Positions 27,354 to 41,319 of a stretch of DNA of 64,000 nucleotides are shown piece by piece. The notes beneath the pieces are model-generated. The model was not told the origin of the DNA, did not search any database, and saw nothing but the letters and a program-made list of their open reading frames with translations. The stretch comes from Phaeosaccion multiseriatum. Lineage: Eukaryota; Protista; Ochrophyta, other classes. The stretch's first letter is position 1, and each line of letters starts with the position of its first letter. The position numbers were made by a program, and so were the translations under genes. The stretch covers positions 558,001 to 622,000 of the forward strand of contig OZ218952.1 of the NCBI GenBank assembly GCA_965112735.1, given 5' to 3'.

Positions 27354-27737
27354 GAATAGGAAGTTCAAGCCCCTCGTGAAAGGAAAAGGGTTATATATAT
27401 ATATATCCCTAACCCCGGTTTTAGTGGCCATGCTTTCGCGAGGGGCCGAAATCGATGTTTCCGACGGTCGTTTTTGTCCCCTTGGCTCACTCTTTCTTGA
27501 CTACCCTCCAGGACTGACGAGTCGGAGGTATACGACCTCGGGGGCTAAGTTCCCCGGGGCGGTGAGACGTTACTTTTAGACAACCATAGATGGCACTTAA
27601 GGGTGAATATATAATAACACCTCCACGTGTGGATGATGCAATCACTGGTCGCGTCGTCATTCGAGGGCGATGCCAACAACGGGCTAATGTCCTATTCTTG
27701 TCGGCGCCTCACACGAATAATAATAATAGCTGCTGGG

Positions 27738-28751
27738 CTATACATACTGGCCTGCGGCATTTGTGTGGAACAGGACCACTTCCTCTTCTTCGTCGGTGGT
27801 GGTTTGTGCACCACCACCCTCACCGTCACCGTCTTCGTCGCCCGTTTCAGTTTCGTCTCCGAACGATCCTTCGTCGTACTCCGTATATTCCGGACTACTT
27901 CCCCCCTCCACAGTCGTTGGCCTCGGCTCGATTTCCTCGATCAAAGGCCCTCCTCCTGCTCCTCCTCCTGCTCCTCCTCCTGCTCCTCCTCCTCTTCCCC
28001 CCCCCCCTCCAACTTCTCCTGCTCCGACTCCTCCTTCTCCTCGGGCGTAAGATCCTTCTCTCCGTCGCTCACCACGACCCTCACTACCACCACCACCACT
28101 ATCACCACTATCACCACTATCACCACCACCACCACCATCACCACCGCCCTCCCCATCCTCGACCCCAACCTTGTCCACGCCGTCCTGTTTCCTGTACTGC
28201 AGCACTGGAAGGATTGCCAAGGATAGAAGCTGGGCCACCAAAGACGACTCCAGAAAGAGCATGTGCCCCGACCGGCCCATCACTGACGCAAGCAGGCCGT
28301 CGTTCTCTGCAACTTCAACAGACGAGTCGAAGACTAGATGCATAACCTCTGTACGCCGCTCCACCCCACTCCCACCGCCTCCTCCTCCTCCTCCTCCTCC
28401 TCCTCCCCCACCAGCAGCCTTATGCACGACTTTCCTTAGAGGATCCTGCGGGGGGAGGTGTGGGCGCGAGTGTGTGGTGGTTGGCGCGCGTGTGTGTGGG
28501 GGGGGGGGGGGAGTGGGTGTGTGCGTGTATGTATGTGTATGTGTATGCGCGTGTGTGTGTTAGGGGACTATCCGACCTGAAATCGTTTGTTGTCAGAGCC
28601 ACTCACGAAAGAAGGACGAGGAACCATGTCCACCACTCACAGGGAAGAAAGAATACGGCACGGTAACACTCACTCACGCACACACACACAGACACATCCA
28701 CACACACACACACATCCACACACACACACATCCACATCCACACACACACAT

Positions 28752-28807
<56 letters not shown>

Positions 28808-31800
28808 ACGCACCTGCAGCCGCCTGGCCATTTCATCCGCCACCGGAGCCGCAGGCCCCCCCGGGGACGAAGTGGTTTCCGACGGCAGCTGCACGAGAGC
28901 CGAGTGCATCGGTACCATCCCATCGCCGAGACAAGTACCCAACACGACGTAGCGGAAGTGCTCGAACCCTTTCTGTCCGCTGAGTTTGAACATGAACGAG
29001 TCTTGCGGACGAGGGGCGTCATCAAGTTCAAGCTCTTGCAGTACTTGCAGACCCGTGAGCTGAATTGATTGATGGCCAAGAGGAGAGGGGATGGTAGTGG
29101 GTGGGGGTGAGGGTGGGGGGGAGTGTGTGTGGGGGGGGGGGGATGGCAGTGGATGGGGGTGGAGATGGGGGTGGGCGGGGCAGGAGGGGGAGACAGGAGG
29201 GAGGGGCCGTGGGGGAGGGCAAGCGAGGGAGCAGAAAAAGGCAGGAGAGGAGAGTGAAAGAGAGGGGACGGTGAAGGAGTGAACGGGTAGAGACGCATGG
29301 ACAGGTGTGTAAATCAAGGAAGATTGATGGCTTGGAGACCCAGATTCCCTCCCTCCCTCTTGCCTTCCCTCCTTCCCTCCCTCTCCCCCCTCTCTGTATC
29401 ACCAACTCCCTCACCTTTCTCAGCGCCCAGCTCCCTGTCTGTACTATGCTCGAGTTGCCATTGGAGCCCAAATGGGGACAGGAGAGGCTCACAAACGTCT
29501 GGCAGAGTCCGTGATGAATAAGCGGTTTCAGCTCAGGTTTGGTCAGGGCGGAGCGGATTATTACGCCCCCTAACGAGAAGCCAATGAAACTGATCCGCCC
29601 CTGCTCTCGCGCTCTCACAGGCATATTTCCATCGGGGTTGCTGTGGGTCCTTCGGTTTCGATGGCGGCTTCGATGGCGATGATGATGAGAAGCATGACTT
29701 TGCGGCTGCGCGGGCTTCTTCTTGTTGGATGGGGAGGAGGAGTCGCCATCTGTTGAAGGCGGGGGAGGATACAGGTAGGCCAGTAGGAGCTGCGGGGGGG
29801 TGGACGGAGGGGGGGGGGGGTAGAAGCATATGGGGGGAGAGGATTAGATGCATACGCTTACACATATCCCCAGTACACACACACACGCACGCACGCACGC
29901 ACACACACCACCACCACCATCGCAGCACTCAACTCACCTCTGGACAGTGCCCCCTGATGTACGTCTCCACCTCCTCTGCGAGCTTCTGTCCCAGCGTGTC
30001 AATGCTTGCCCGCTTGCTGCTATGAGCATTCGCACTGCTCGCCACAAGCAGCTCTGCTTCGGGCATGAGCACCGCGAGAGCACCGCACAGGGTGTCCATG
30101 TCTGACGGACGGCCTCCCAACCCGTGAACCAGAACGATGAGGTGGCCCCTACCGTACCAGTCCGAGCTACCGTTGAGTCCAAAACCGTACATTTCCTCAG
30201 CGGTAAGGCTTCTCTCCCCCTCTAATGGCACTTGTGTAATAGCCTCTGGTCTGGTGAGTACGTCAACGAGATCTGAAGTAGGCTCCGTGTTGACGTCCTT
30301 CTCATCACCCTCCTCCTCCTCCTCCTCCTCCTCCTCCTCCTCCTCCTCCTCCTCTCCCTCCTCCTCCTCCTCCTCCTCCCCCTCCTCCTCCTCCTCCTCC
30401 TGCTCCTGCTCCTGCTCCTCCTCTTCTCGTTGTTGTGCTTCTTGCGAGTCCTCCCTTGGGCCCAATGGCGGTCCTGAGGAGCTTCTTGACGAAGAAAGAG
30501 AAGAAGGAGAAGATACTCTTCTCGGTGGCCCGGGCCCGTTCTTCACTGCCCGATTTCGACTTCGGCTGCTGCTGCTCCTACTACTCCCCCTGCTGTGCAG
30601 CTTCCTGATGCTTCCACTGCCCCCACGGTTGTGCTGCTTCCTCCCGCTGCTGCAACTCCTAATTCTTCCACTGTCACGCAGACTCCTGCTTCTGCTGCTG
30701 CTCCGTACACTACCACTGCTCCGCTGCTTTCGGATGCTACCACTACCTCGACTCCTGACGCTACCACTCCCCCCCCTGCTGTGCGGCTGCGTCACCGGTA
30801 CAGAGGAGGAAGCGGAGGACAGAGCCACAAAAGTGCTCTGGCGCGCACTCCCAATGTTGCTGAAGAGCAGCTTTCTCGCCCCATAGGACTGGGAAATGCA
30901 GTACGGCATATTCCGGAGTGGCTGCTTGTCCACCACCTCGGTATTCACCGGTAGTCGCCAATTGCAGAAGCTTCCCACGCTCTCTCTTGACGCCGGATCT
31001 AGCCCTTCTCCCTCGGAGCCACCGCCGCTGTCAAACCCCCCCGCCAGCTCTCGCCAGCTCCGGCGCCGCCCCAGCTTCTTCTCTGGTCCCTGCTGCTGCT
31101 GTCGCTCGTCGGACACCTGCCGTTGGCGACGCTCCTCTTCCTCCTCCTCCTTCTCCACCTTCCCCTCCTCGGTCTCCTCGTCGTCGAGCTGAACGCCGAA
31201 ACCGTCATTCCACTCCACCTCTGGGGCTGCACTCACCATGTCTCTCTTGAGACAAGACTCCCTAAGGGCATGGTAGGTAATCGGGTCCATCATCGAACTC
31301 TGAATCGACATGTAGGCGTCATCTTCCCAGGGCAGACGCAGCTCCAACATGTGCCCACCCCACGCGTCACTCACATCCTTGAGCCAGAGCTCACGCAGGC
31401 CACCTAGTGCCATCCGGCTGCTGTACGGCAGGTGAATTTTGAGCCTATCCCACGCCTTTCGAGCCCTGTTGGAAGCCTCTTGCACCTCCGCTTGGAGCGA
31501 TTGGCCCAGCTCAGTGAAGTCCGTGGTAGGCCGAGGGGGCAGGGGGCGGAGGGGGGGAGACGACGCCATTGAGGATGGGGAGGAAGCGGCAGAGAGGGAC
31601 GTGAGTCTCCTCTTCTTGTCCCCCTTTACAGCCCCCGACCTCCTGCTGCCACCTTTTCCTGACTCCGCTACTGCTGTTTCAGGTGTACCCCTTGCTCTGC
31701 CATCAGTGGCGCGACTGGTGCTGCTGCTGCTCCTGCTGCTGCTGCTGCTGCTGCTGCTGGGGCTATGACCGCCGCTGCTGTGGCCGCTACCGATGCTGCT

Positions 31801-33895
31801 AATGGTTATGGTTGTGGCGTTATTGTTCCACCTCCCTCCTTCGTCATCCCAGGCCGACCACGGCTGCTGCCTCCCCTGCTGCCTCGCCTGCTGCCTCCCA
31901 CGCATTGGAAGCGGGTCCATTTCTGCTGGCGCCATATCCTCGCTCGGAAGCCTGTGGCGCGCCTCTACTTCGGGGTGGGGGGGCAGCAGTCTCTGCTCGC
32001 CCTCAATGCTCACTTCCTTCGCGTCCTCGTGGAGAGCGTCCTTCCACCTCGTCTCCTCCTCCTCCTGTTGCTCCTGTTGCTCCTCCTCTTCGTCCTCCTC
32101 CCTTTCCTCCCCGTCCTCCTCCTCCTTATCCTCCTCCTCCTCCTCCTCGTCGCCGTTGTCCTCCTCATCCTCGTCCTCGTCCTCCTCATCCTCGTCCTCC
32201 TCGTCGTCCTCGTCCTCGTCCTCGCTGTCCTCCTCTTCCTCCTCGAAGCTAAGTGTGGTCATATGGTTGCAGTCCGGCCCTGCTGCGCTGGTGCTCTGCC
32301 GCATGGAGAGGGCTACCGCCACCACTGAAGCCCTTGTTGCCGCAATGGTCGCCAGCTTTGCCTTTTTGAGAGACCCCACGAGATCCCTCGACAAGGCTGC
32401 CTTGGTACTTACTGGGCCGCCGGGGGCTCCCACCTCCCCTGGGGCCAACCAGGCGTCTTCGGACAAGGACGGTGGTGGAGACGTGCCTCTTCTCTTACAC
32501 TGGCCTTCTATCCACCGACCGTATCCAGCAGCACCCCCAGGGTGGAAGATGCGGACTATGGACGAGTGAAAGCTGGCCTCTAGAATCACCAGCCACGGCG
32601 GGGAGAAGGCAACCGGGTAGTACGCGTGTACCCCAGACCCCATACCAATGCCTCGCACCAACACTGTCTGCCGGCCCAGCACCTCGCTAAAGGCCTCTTC
32701 TTCGGAGAGCAGCTTGCCAATCTCCCCCTTGCTCGGCCCGCCCAGCTCCGGTAGCTCCGCTCTTCGCATCGTGAGCCGCACTGCGAGCTTGGTGCGGTCG
32801 ATGCCCTCTAAGGGCACCTGGACCATGCACGTGATACCCTCGCAGAGCTTCGCTTTCTCGGCCTTGTAGCGGATAGGGATGGTGCGACTGCGGTACACGC
32901 ACGTATTGCTGCTGCTGAGCAGGTGACCTGGCATGTGGCAGTCTGTGTCCAATATGGGCACACTCTGAGGCCCGACAGTGGTGTCTAGGAAGGACTCGTC
33001 TTCGGAGAAGTGTGCGCTGACGGCCTTGTCGTGTACCAGTGGATGAGCTCCGATGACCCCACTAAAGGGGGGGGCAAGGGGAGGGTCTACTTGTTGCTGC
33101 CGGTCTCTCTTGCTGAGAAGGCTGGCATTAGCCGCGGAAGCTCCTCCCTGCTTCTTGTTCTTTTTCAGAAGCTTCTTGAATGGCGAGCCGCGACTTGAGG
33201 AGCTTTCCTTCTCGTCTTGTTGCTGCTGCTCCTCCTGAGTCGGCCCCTCCTGCTGCTGACTGCTACCATCGGGCTCTACCAGCTCCACATCCACCACTGG
33301 GGGGAGGAGGACACGGATAGAACATGACGGGTGCGTGGTTGGGAGGGATGGCACAGATGCAAGAGGAAAAGAGGGGCAAGGGAGGGAGTGGAAAGAGATG
33401 GCAGCGAAATGGAGGAAAGAAGCAAAACATGGCGTGAGAGAAAGCGCAGGAAACAAGAAAAGACAAGAGCCACACAGAAGAAGGATTATGTCGAGCGGCA
33501 TTCGGTTCCCTATAGTAAGGAGACGGAGGTGCAAGCGTGAATTAATGATCCGTCATCCGCAGACCAAGCAAGACTCGCCACCATCACTCCAGGCATGGCA
33601 TACGCATCTCCCGCTAATGTCACGTCCCGTCTCTGATAGGAGACAGGCGTGCTGGACACACTCACTGCTTTTCTTCTACCAGAGGGCAAAAAGCCAGTGC
33701 GATTGACACAGAGCTCTCAATGCGAGGGAAGGGAGGAAGAGTCGTCACAACGGCTGCATCAGCGGCCCTTCAAGACACCCAGTACTCTCTTACTCGTTTG
33801 CGCTTACCAAAGAGCCCCTTTGCAGCGATGGCCACATTCTTGAAGCTGTGCAGATTGACGGCAAGCGCGATCACGGCCACCGGACCGGTAGACAT
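27738..33895 (-). CDS. FAM135-like protein with a C-terminal DUF676 putative serine esterase/lipase domain
   Basis: Exons 33895-33808, 33296-29938, 29789-29415, 29059-28814, 28445-27738. N-terminal [16 protein letters not shown]676: [72 protein letters not shown]. Confidence 0.85.
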
Positions 33896-35211
33896 GATGG
33901 AACGATGACTCGGGTGCACTGTAAGCCCCAAATTGCTGCTCCTCTTCAAGCTACGAGCGAACTTGGAGCTTGGCTCGCGAGCCTCAACAAATGCACACCG
34001 TGATGATGAATCCCAGCGAGAACCCCCAGCTTTTGCTTTGCCCCCCTCATGCTGAGCCACGTGCTGCTGCTGCTGCTGCTGCTGCTGCGGCTTCTTCCCC
34101 TTTACCCTCTCCTCTCAGCCTTTGCAATTTTCCTCCCATGCCGCTCCTCTCTTGTCACCAAGCGCATTTGTTCGGAGCATTGTTATTGACTTACTCGTTA
34201 CGAATTTCGAATTTGGTGGAATTTTTTTGTCCTGCCGACTGACTGCTCGACGAACCGCTCGAGGGCGTCTGCACAGCACACTGCCAAGGGCCAGTCTGTC
34301 TAATTCGAGTTTCTATAATTAATTAATTAATCTTAATGTTAATTACAAAGGAGCGCGGCGAGCGAAGGAGAAGAGAGGGAAGAAGAGGCGGCCCCGGGAG
34401 GCAAAAGGACCACCCCACCCGTCACCCCGCCAACAAAGGGCTATGAAGTGTACAAAACACCTTTCTCATCTCCACTGCAACGACTGATCCTCCTATGGCT
34501 GCTCGGTTGCTGTTGCTGTTTCTGCTGCTCGACTGCTGGTGGTGTGAGTGGTGGTGCTATTTGCTATTGCCGCTGCTACTGCTGGTGGTGGTCCTCCCTG
34601 CTGTTGGTGCTGCTGTTGGTGCTCCGGAGGTATCGTGAGTCCTCTCTCAGTGTGTGGTTGGCTGGCGATGGAGGACTGGGGGACTGGAGTGCGAGGCCGA
34701 CGTCGCCTGGGGCGCCTGTCTATTTGTGACAGTCAACCTGTCCACCTGCCCCCCTGGAAGGGCGGGGGGGAGGGAGGAAGTAGACGGTTCGACAGTGAGG
34801 TAGGCCAGCGACCAACACCAGACATCTCCCTCGTCTCTTTGGTCTCAATGTGCAAAGCTCTGCCCAGTCCAGACGCAATAATACTCGCGGCAACTGACTG
34901 ACTGACTGACTCGTCCTCTGCTCGGTTCTCCTCTCCTCTCGCCTCAAACCTCTTGTCTTGTGTCCTCTCCACTGTCCTTCCTTCCTTGCTTGCTTACTTG
35001 CTTCCCTGTGAGGCCATCTGCCCGCCATCCATCTCCTGGCTGCCGCGCCGCCGTTGCCTCACAAATTCACAAATGGTTCTCTCTTGTGTGCCATGTGGTG
35101 ATTAGAGCACCACTCGTCCTCGAGGGCCGGGCCTCCCTCTTCACTTTCCCGCTAGAGGCCTTGTCAGGCACAATGTCAGGCCACGGGGTGGGTCCTCTCC
35201 TCTCTCTCCCT

Positions 35212-38200
35212 TCACTGCTCGATTGGCTGCTGCTCAGACGATTCCGACTGTTCATCCCCACCCGATACCCCACCCGCATCTGCACTCGTAGCTGCTGCCG
35301 CTGCTGCCGCTGCTGCTGCTGCCGCTGCCTCGACCGCTGCTGTCGCCTCAGCCTCTGCTTCAGCTTGTGCTTCGAGGTCCTGTCGAGGAGGGAGGGCAAG
35401 GGTGGGGCGGGGACGGGAGGGGCAGAGGCAGAGAAGGCAGAGAAAGAGTTGCTAAGAAAGAAGGCTGCCCCAGAGGTGAAGCAGCAAGGCACAAACTAGT
35501 CTCTCTCTTTACTTTGGACTATCTAAACCTTCAAACCTTCACTCCTAGGGACCCAATTACCTTGAGAGACCCAAGCTAACTAAACTACATTGGGACCCAA
35601 TTACCTTGAGAGACCCAAGCTAACTAACTACGATGGGAACCATCTTAAACTGACCTTCAAAGTCGCGACGAGCTTCAATTTTCAACATCATTCCTTGAGG
35701 CCACATTCCATTTCACTTGCGACCCAAGCTAACTAACCTTTTCAACTAACCTTGAGACCCAATTCAACTAGAGACCCAAGCTGACTGACTACTTGTAAGC
35801 CTTCACTCCTTGAGACCCAAGCTAACTTGGTACCCTCCCCCCCCCAAACTAACTAACTCACTACTCAACTACCTCAAACCTTCAAAGTGACGACGAGCTT
35901 CAATCCAAAACCATTCCTTGAGGCCCAACCTAACGAGGAACCCAAGCTAACTAATTTAACTAACCTTCAAAGTGGCGACGAGTTTGGCCTCCCATTTGAT
36001 GGCGTCCGGGTAGTCGGCACAGAGGCTCAGACTGTGTTTGAAGCACTCGTGAGACGCCTCCCACTGCTCCAAGTAGAAGTGGCACACGCCTGTGTGCATG
36101 TGTGTGTGTGCCAGTGCCAGAGTGTGAGGGAGTGTGAGGGTGTGAGTGAGTGAGTGAGTGAGTGAGTGATATACGAGAAACAGAGCAGGAGTGAGAAATT
36201 CCCGCCCTTTCCCCTCTTCCCTTCTTCTCCTCTCCTCGTCTGGTACGTACGTACGTACCCATGTTGTACCAGCTGACGTGATGCACTCCGCAGTAACGTT
36301 GACTCTCCTTGAACATCTCAGCTGCTCGGGAGAAGTCCTGCTCAGGGGTGGGGAGGAGTGGGGTAGGGTAGGGTTGGAGTGGGGTGGAGTGGGGTGGGGG
36401 GGCAGGCACAGGGAGCAAATATTTCCGGGGCGGGGAAGGGTGGGGGGGGGGGGATGGAGAGGGCATGTCAGGGAGGATGAGAGAGAAGAGGTGGGAGGTG
36501 AAAAGGCCCCTCCCATCCACGTCCACATCCACCCACACACTCCCACACCCCCCCACACAAAATCAGCCCCCCAACTACCTACTTCCCCACCCACTGACAT
36601 ATCGTACTACCCACTCCCCCACCCATTGACTACCTACTCCCTCACCCATTGACTTACTACCCACCTTGAGTCCCATCAAGATCCTCCCGACCTCAAAGGC
36701 CACGTCTTTACTCGGCTGCAGAGGGAAGTACAGCTCGAACACCTTCCGGGAGTGAGTATGAGTGAGCGTGGGTCAGCCAGCGAGTGAGGGAGTGAGGGAC
36801 GGGGTGGGTGGGTAAGTGAGTGAGTGACGGAGGGAGGGAGGATGGTTCAGAGGGAGCGGGTAAGCGAGAGTGAGTGCGTGAGTGAGTGAGTGAGGATGAG
36901 CTCACATCGTATGGGGTTAAGGAGACAGCACCGCTTGACAACTCGCTCTCTCTATATATACCTTAAGTGCGTCCTTCTTGATGTCGTGCTGAAGCTTGGC
37001 GGTGGCGAAGGGTCCCTTCTCGATGAAGACGTGTTTGAATTTGTAAAACACGTCGGGGTCACACTGGCTCAGTCGCAGAATAGCCAGGGCACTCCGTAGG
37101 CTTGGGGAGGACAGGGGGAGGGCAAGAGAGAGGGGTGGGTCGGGGTGAGCGTGAGGGTGAGGTTCACATAAAAAACTCCCTTGCATATAATATACGGAGA
37201 AAGATACAGGGCATTGTATGCAGTTCTCAGTTTATTATATAAGCTTCGAACCCTCATATATGGGGTCGATATTCCCACATGCCCGCTGACGCGCCCGCCC
37301 ACACGCACACCCGCACACCCACACACCCACAAACACATACACACGCGCACACACATACACACACACGCACACACATACCTGAGTCCCCTGCTTTCGTCCT
37401 TGAGGCTACGCTGCAGAGTGCTGAAGCTGTCGGCCCCGAAGCCTTGCAGAGCAGAGCGACAGGCCAGCCTTCAAGAGATGGGATGGCAGTGGATGGTGGT
37501 GGTGGAGGAGGACGAGGGTGAGGAGGAGGAGGAGGAGGGAAGGAGGAGGAGGGTGAGGAGGAGGAGGAGGAGGAGGAGGAGGAGGAGGAGGAGGAGGAGG
37601 AGGAGGAGGAGGAGCAGGAGGGAGGAGGAGGAGGAGGGAGGAGGAGGTTCGGTGCTTGAAGAGAGGGGTCTACATCGTCTACACAAAGCCTGCATGTCAA
37701 AAGTGACTCCTCCCCGCTCCCCGTTCCCCTCCTCCTACTGCCTGTGCGCCGTCAATCCGTCCGTTACGTCCGTCCTCCCCTTCCCTCCCGTCTCCTCCCC
37801 TCTCGTCCCCTCCCGTCTCCTCTCCTCCCATCCCCTCTCTTCCCATCCCCTCCCCCTCCCTCGTCTCCCCCTCCACTCTGCTCCCCTCCCCTCCTCTCTC
37901 CAACCTCCCCCCTCACCTGTACTGAGGGCAGTCCTCCTCCGTGACGCCCCACGCCATGGCGGAAACCTTGAAGCCCTCTTGGTAGGTGCTGTGGATGACA
38001 AAGCCGCCCTGCTTCTCGCACGAAGCATGTAACGCTCTAAAGTTGACCATGCATGAGAAGGAGCCGTGGACAGCGATGTGGGGGTCCCTCCGCCCCTCAA
38101 GCTCAGCGGCAGACATGTAGCCCTTGTCGCCAGTCAGGAGCATCAGCCGGCCTTTGGGGGGGGGGGAGAGGGAGGGAGGGAGGGAAGAAGGGAGAGGAAG

Positions 38201-40983
38201 GAAGGGAGTGAGTGAGTGAGTGAGTGAGTGAGTGAGTGAGTGAGTGAGTGAGTGAGTGAGTGAGCAACTTGCTTGGGAGGGAGGGTAGAAGGGAGAGGAA
38301 AGGAGGGAGGGAGAGAATGAAAGAGCAGCAGTGGACCAAGCACGTTGCTCACTCCCTCCCTCACTCACTCACTCACTCACTCACCCACTCACTCACTCCC
38401 TCTCTCATTCACTCACTCATTCACTCACCGCCACTGAGCTTCCTTAGGTTTCCGATGGCCCGGAGCGCCCCCACGGGCAGCAGGAAGGAGGCAGTGGAGT
38501 AGCCCGCGGTGAGGGCCCGAAGGAGCGCGTTCCAATCCTCCCCTTCCTCTGCCTCTGCGGCCCCCTTTGATGCCGTCGGAGGATTTTTCATGGAGTTGTA
38601 GTAGGCTGTGTGTGTGTGTGTGTGCGGGTGAAAGAAGGAAGGAAGGAGGAGGAGGAGGAGGAGGAATGTGCGGAGGGGCAGCAGCACCAGCAGCAGAAGA
38701 GGAACGAATTAAGGAAGACGTGGAATTGTGTGTGACTGTTACCACCCACCATCACCATCACCACCATCATCACCACCGCAAGCAACAAGATGAAGAGCAA
38801 AAGGTAAAGTCTCCCTCCCACACGTCATGCTTTCATTCTCTCATACTTTCCCCCCTGCGTTCCCTCCCTCCCTCCCCCCCCTTCCTGTGCCAAGCGCTCA
38901 CTCACCATGGCTGCAAGGCTCAGCTTTCCACGAGCACTTGATGTACCTGAGGGAGTAAGCCAGCAAATCGAGAGAGAGAAAGACAAGAAAACCCCATGAT
39001 ACGTAACATGCATGCAACAAAAAGATGAGATAAAAGCTGAAAGACACGAAGCATAGGTTGACAAAGACAACTCCATCGCCCATTAGCTTAAGAGTAAGCA
39101 TATGGCAGCGTTGCCTACTGTGTCCGTCTAATGCCCTGTCCGTTAACTGTCCGTTTGTGGTTGGTATGTATGTACCTGAGCAGGTCGGGGTTGTGCACGT
39201 TAATGTCCGTTGTGCTCATGGTGCTGCACAGCCCCTCGTGCAGCTCGCCATCGAGCACGAAGAAGGCGTCCTGTTGAGTGAGGGAAGTACGCGGGTTGGT
39301 GATACATGAGTCACGGACGGCGGGCGGGTAGCAAAGGAGAGGCCAAGGAGGAGTGGAGCAGCAGCAGTAGTAGCAGCAGCAGCAGTAGCAGCCGGGGGAA
39401 GGAAGGCAGGCGAGAGAGGGGGAGGGAAAGAGACAGGGGAAAGCCCAGCCACAAGTGAGTGGGGCCCCTTGTTGCGCCGCACACACGCACACACACACAC
39501 ACGCGCCCGCATGACTTGATACAACAAAACACAACCCCTACCCCGCCTGTTCCCTCCCCTCTGACCTACAGATTACGTAAAAATTACGTACCTGCTTGAG
39601 CGTGTCGAATACGTAGTTGGCGACTGCCACGACGGGGTGGAGCAGTTCGCCCGGCTGCAGGGTGACGCCCGACATTTCGAGGCGTACGGGCCCTCCCTTC
39701 TCGCAGTCCAGCACGGCAAAGTCCACCACGCCTGACTCGATGTGCTGCGGCGCAGAGGACAGAATGAATGCGGGTTGGGCATCATGTTATTTGGAGCACA
39801 CAGCAGAGCATATAATATAATTGGACGAGAGAGAGAGAGGAGCAGCAGCAGCAGCAGCAGCAGCAATGGTGTTGCCCACAGAATAGACATGAGAAACAAA
39901 ACACACACGCACACAGGTACATGTATACATACACACACATACACATACACACATGCACACATACACTTCATTATTGTTATTACCTACCTCAACGAATCGT
40001 GGATGATTGAGCCAAAAATCAAAGTTCTCGGAGGTAAAGTCTGTGATCACATACTTAAACGGAGGGGCCTCCCCCGGGCCACGGCGGGGCAGGAAGGCCG
40101 TGAGCTCGAGCAGCTTGGTGAGCAGCACGTAAGAGAGCTTCGCGGCCCCGGCCCCCACCTCCACGATATACACAGGTTGCTCGGCGTCCGCCACAGGGTC
40201 CGCCCCTGGCCGAGAGAAGTGGTCCCTTAGAAAGCCCAGGATGACGCGGGCGTAGGTCTAGGGAGGACGACGACGAGGAGGAGGAGGAGGTAGAGAAGGG
40301 GCAGTAGCATCGAGGAGGAGGAGCAGCAGCAGGAGGAGGAGTGGGAGATGGGGCGGCGATTGTGAGGACGACAGCAGCGTGGATGAGTAGGCGGGAATGG
40401 GTTTGGGACAGGAGGCTCTCCGTGGCTACTGTGTGGAAGTAATGCGATGCGCACGTGGTTCACGTGGTAGGAAAAGCGGCTAGCTCAACTTTCTCTCTCT
40501 CTCTCTCCCAGAGGGACCCGCCCTCCCCTCCGTCCTCGACCCTCTCTCACCTGAGCGATGAAACAGTTGCTCGTGACGAAGTTGGGCACGACGCACTCTT
40601 GCCAGCATTTGACCTTGTGCTTCTCGTAGAAGGCATCCTGCAGCTGCCATAGCACCGTCTCGGAGAACCTGGGGGGCCGTGGGGGGAAGCAGAGGGCCAG
40701 AACAGTGTGAGGTGTGCCTCATTTTCTTTGCGCTGGCACTGGGCCAAAATAGCAGCAGACAGCAGCAGACACAACACCTACGGAGAGAGGGGGTCCCTCT
40801 GAGGGAACACAGAAGCACTGAGCGTTGGCGTGATAGCAGAGCACCAGACACCAGCCAAGCGGGAGAGCGCGAGCTAGAAGGGTAAGAGACAAGGAAAGGA
40901 GGAGAATGCAGTCCCCCGTGTGCCTCTCTGCTTCACCTCTTGTCCTCGTCGATAATGGACTTGTCCAGCGGGGAGCGCCTCAT
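35212..40983 (-). CDS. SAM-dependent methyltransferase (MidA/NDUFAF7-like fold) with C-terminal TPRs, multi-exon
   Basis: Spliced product: MRRSPLDKSIIDEDKRFSETVLWQLQDAFY..VPNFVTSN..YARVI..PVYIVEVGAGAAKLSY (motif I)..YVITDF..VANYVFDTL..LLTGDKG..HGSFSCMVNF, then TPR-like DVAFEVGRILMGLKDFSRA..WYNMGVCHFYLEQWEASHECFKHSL. The last exon (~35389-35212) is Ala-rich and ends in TGA. Confidence 0.8.
35500..35965. repeat. Degenerate intronic tandem repeat (gagacccaagctaactaa / accttcaaagt..cgacgag units)
   Basis: GA(G)ACCCAA(G/T) motif recurs about 8 times. Copies of the adjacent exon-end sequence sit at ~35654 and ~35878. Confidence 0.75.
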
Positions 40984-41319
40984 CGTCCTACTTCCCAAAC
41001 AGCGATATTTTCTTCTTCTTCTCCACCGTTCTTCCCCTTCTCAAGCTCCACTTTCGGCGGCATCTTCTCCCCCTGACATTCTTCTGCTCCTACTCTCCTT
41101 CAGCTTTAGCTTCTTCCTTTCCTCCTCCTCCCACTCGTACGAGAAAACACCCGACGTATTGAAGGTAAAAGAGCTTGGTTTCAGCACAGGACGGGGGGAG
41201 GGGGACGAGGGGCAGATCCGGGATGCATGGGGAAGGTGAAGGAGGGATGTGGGACTAGTAAGGCAGTGAAACCATCCTTCCAATAAACTCCCCATCTTTT
41301 ATCTTTTGTCCTTCGCCCA

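Noticed and set aside
29570-29590. GFSLG instead of GHSLG at the FAM135 nucleophile elbow
   Set aside because: It still fits G-x-S-x-G with the Ser, Asp and His motifs present, so this is ordinary variation.
34960-35499. Standalone 179-aa (+) and 141-aa (-) ORFs
   Set aside because: They are shadow frames of the Ala-rich terminal exon of the methyltransferase gene.
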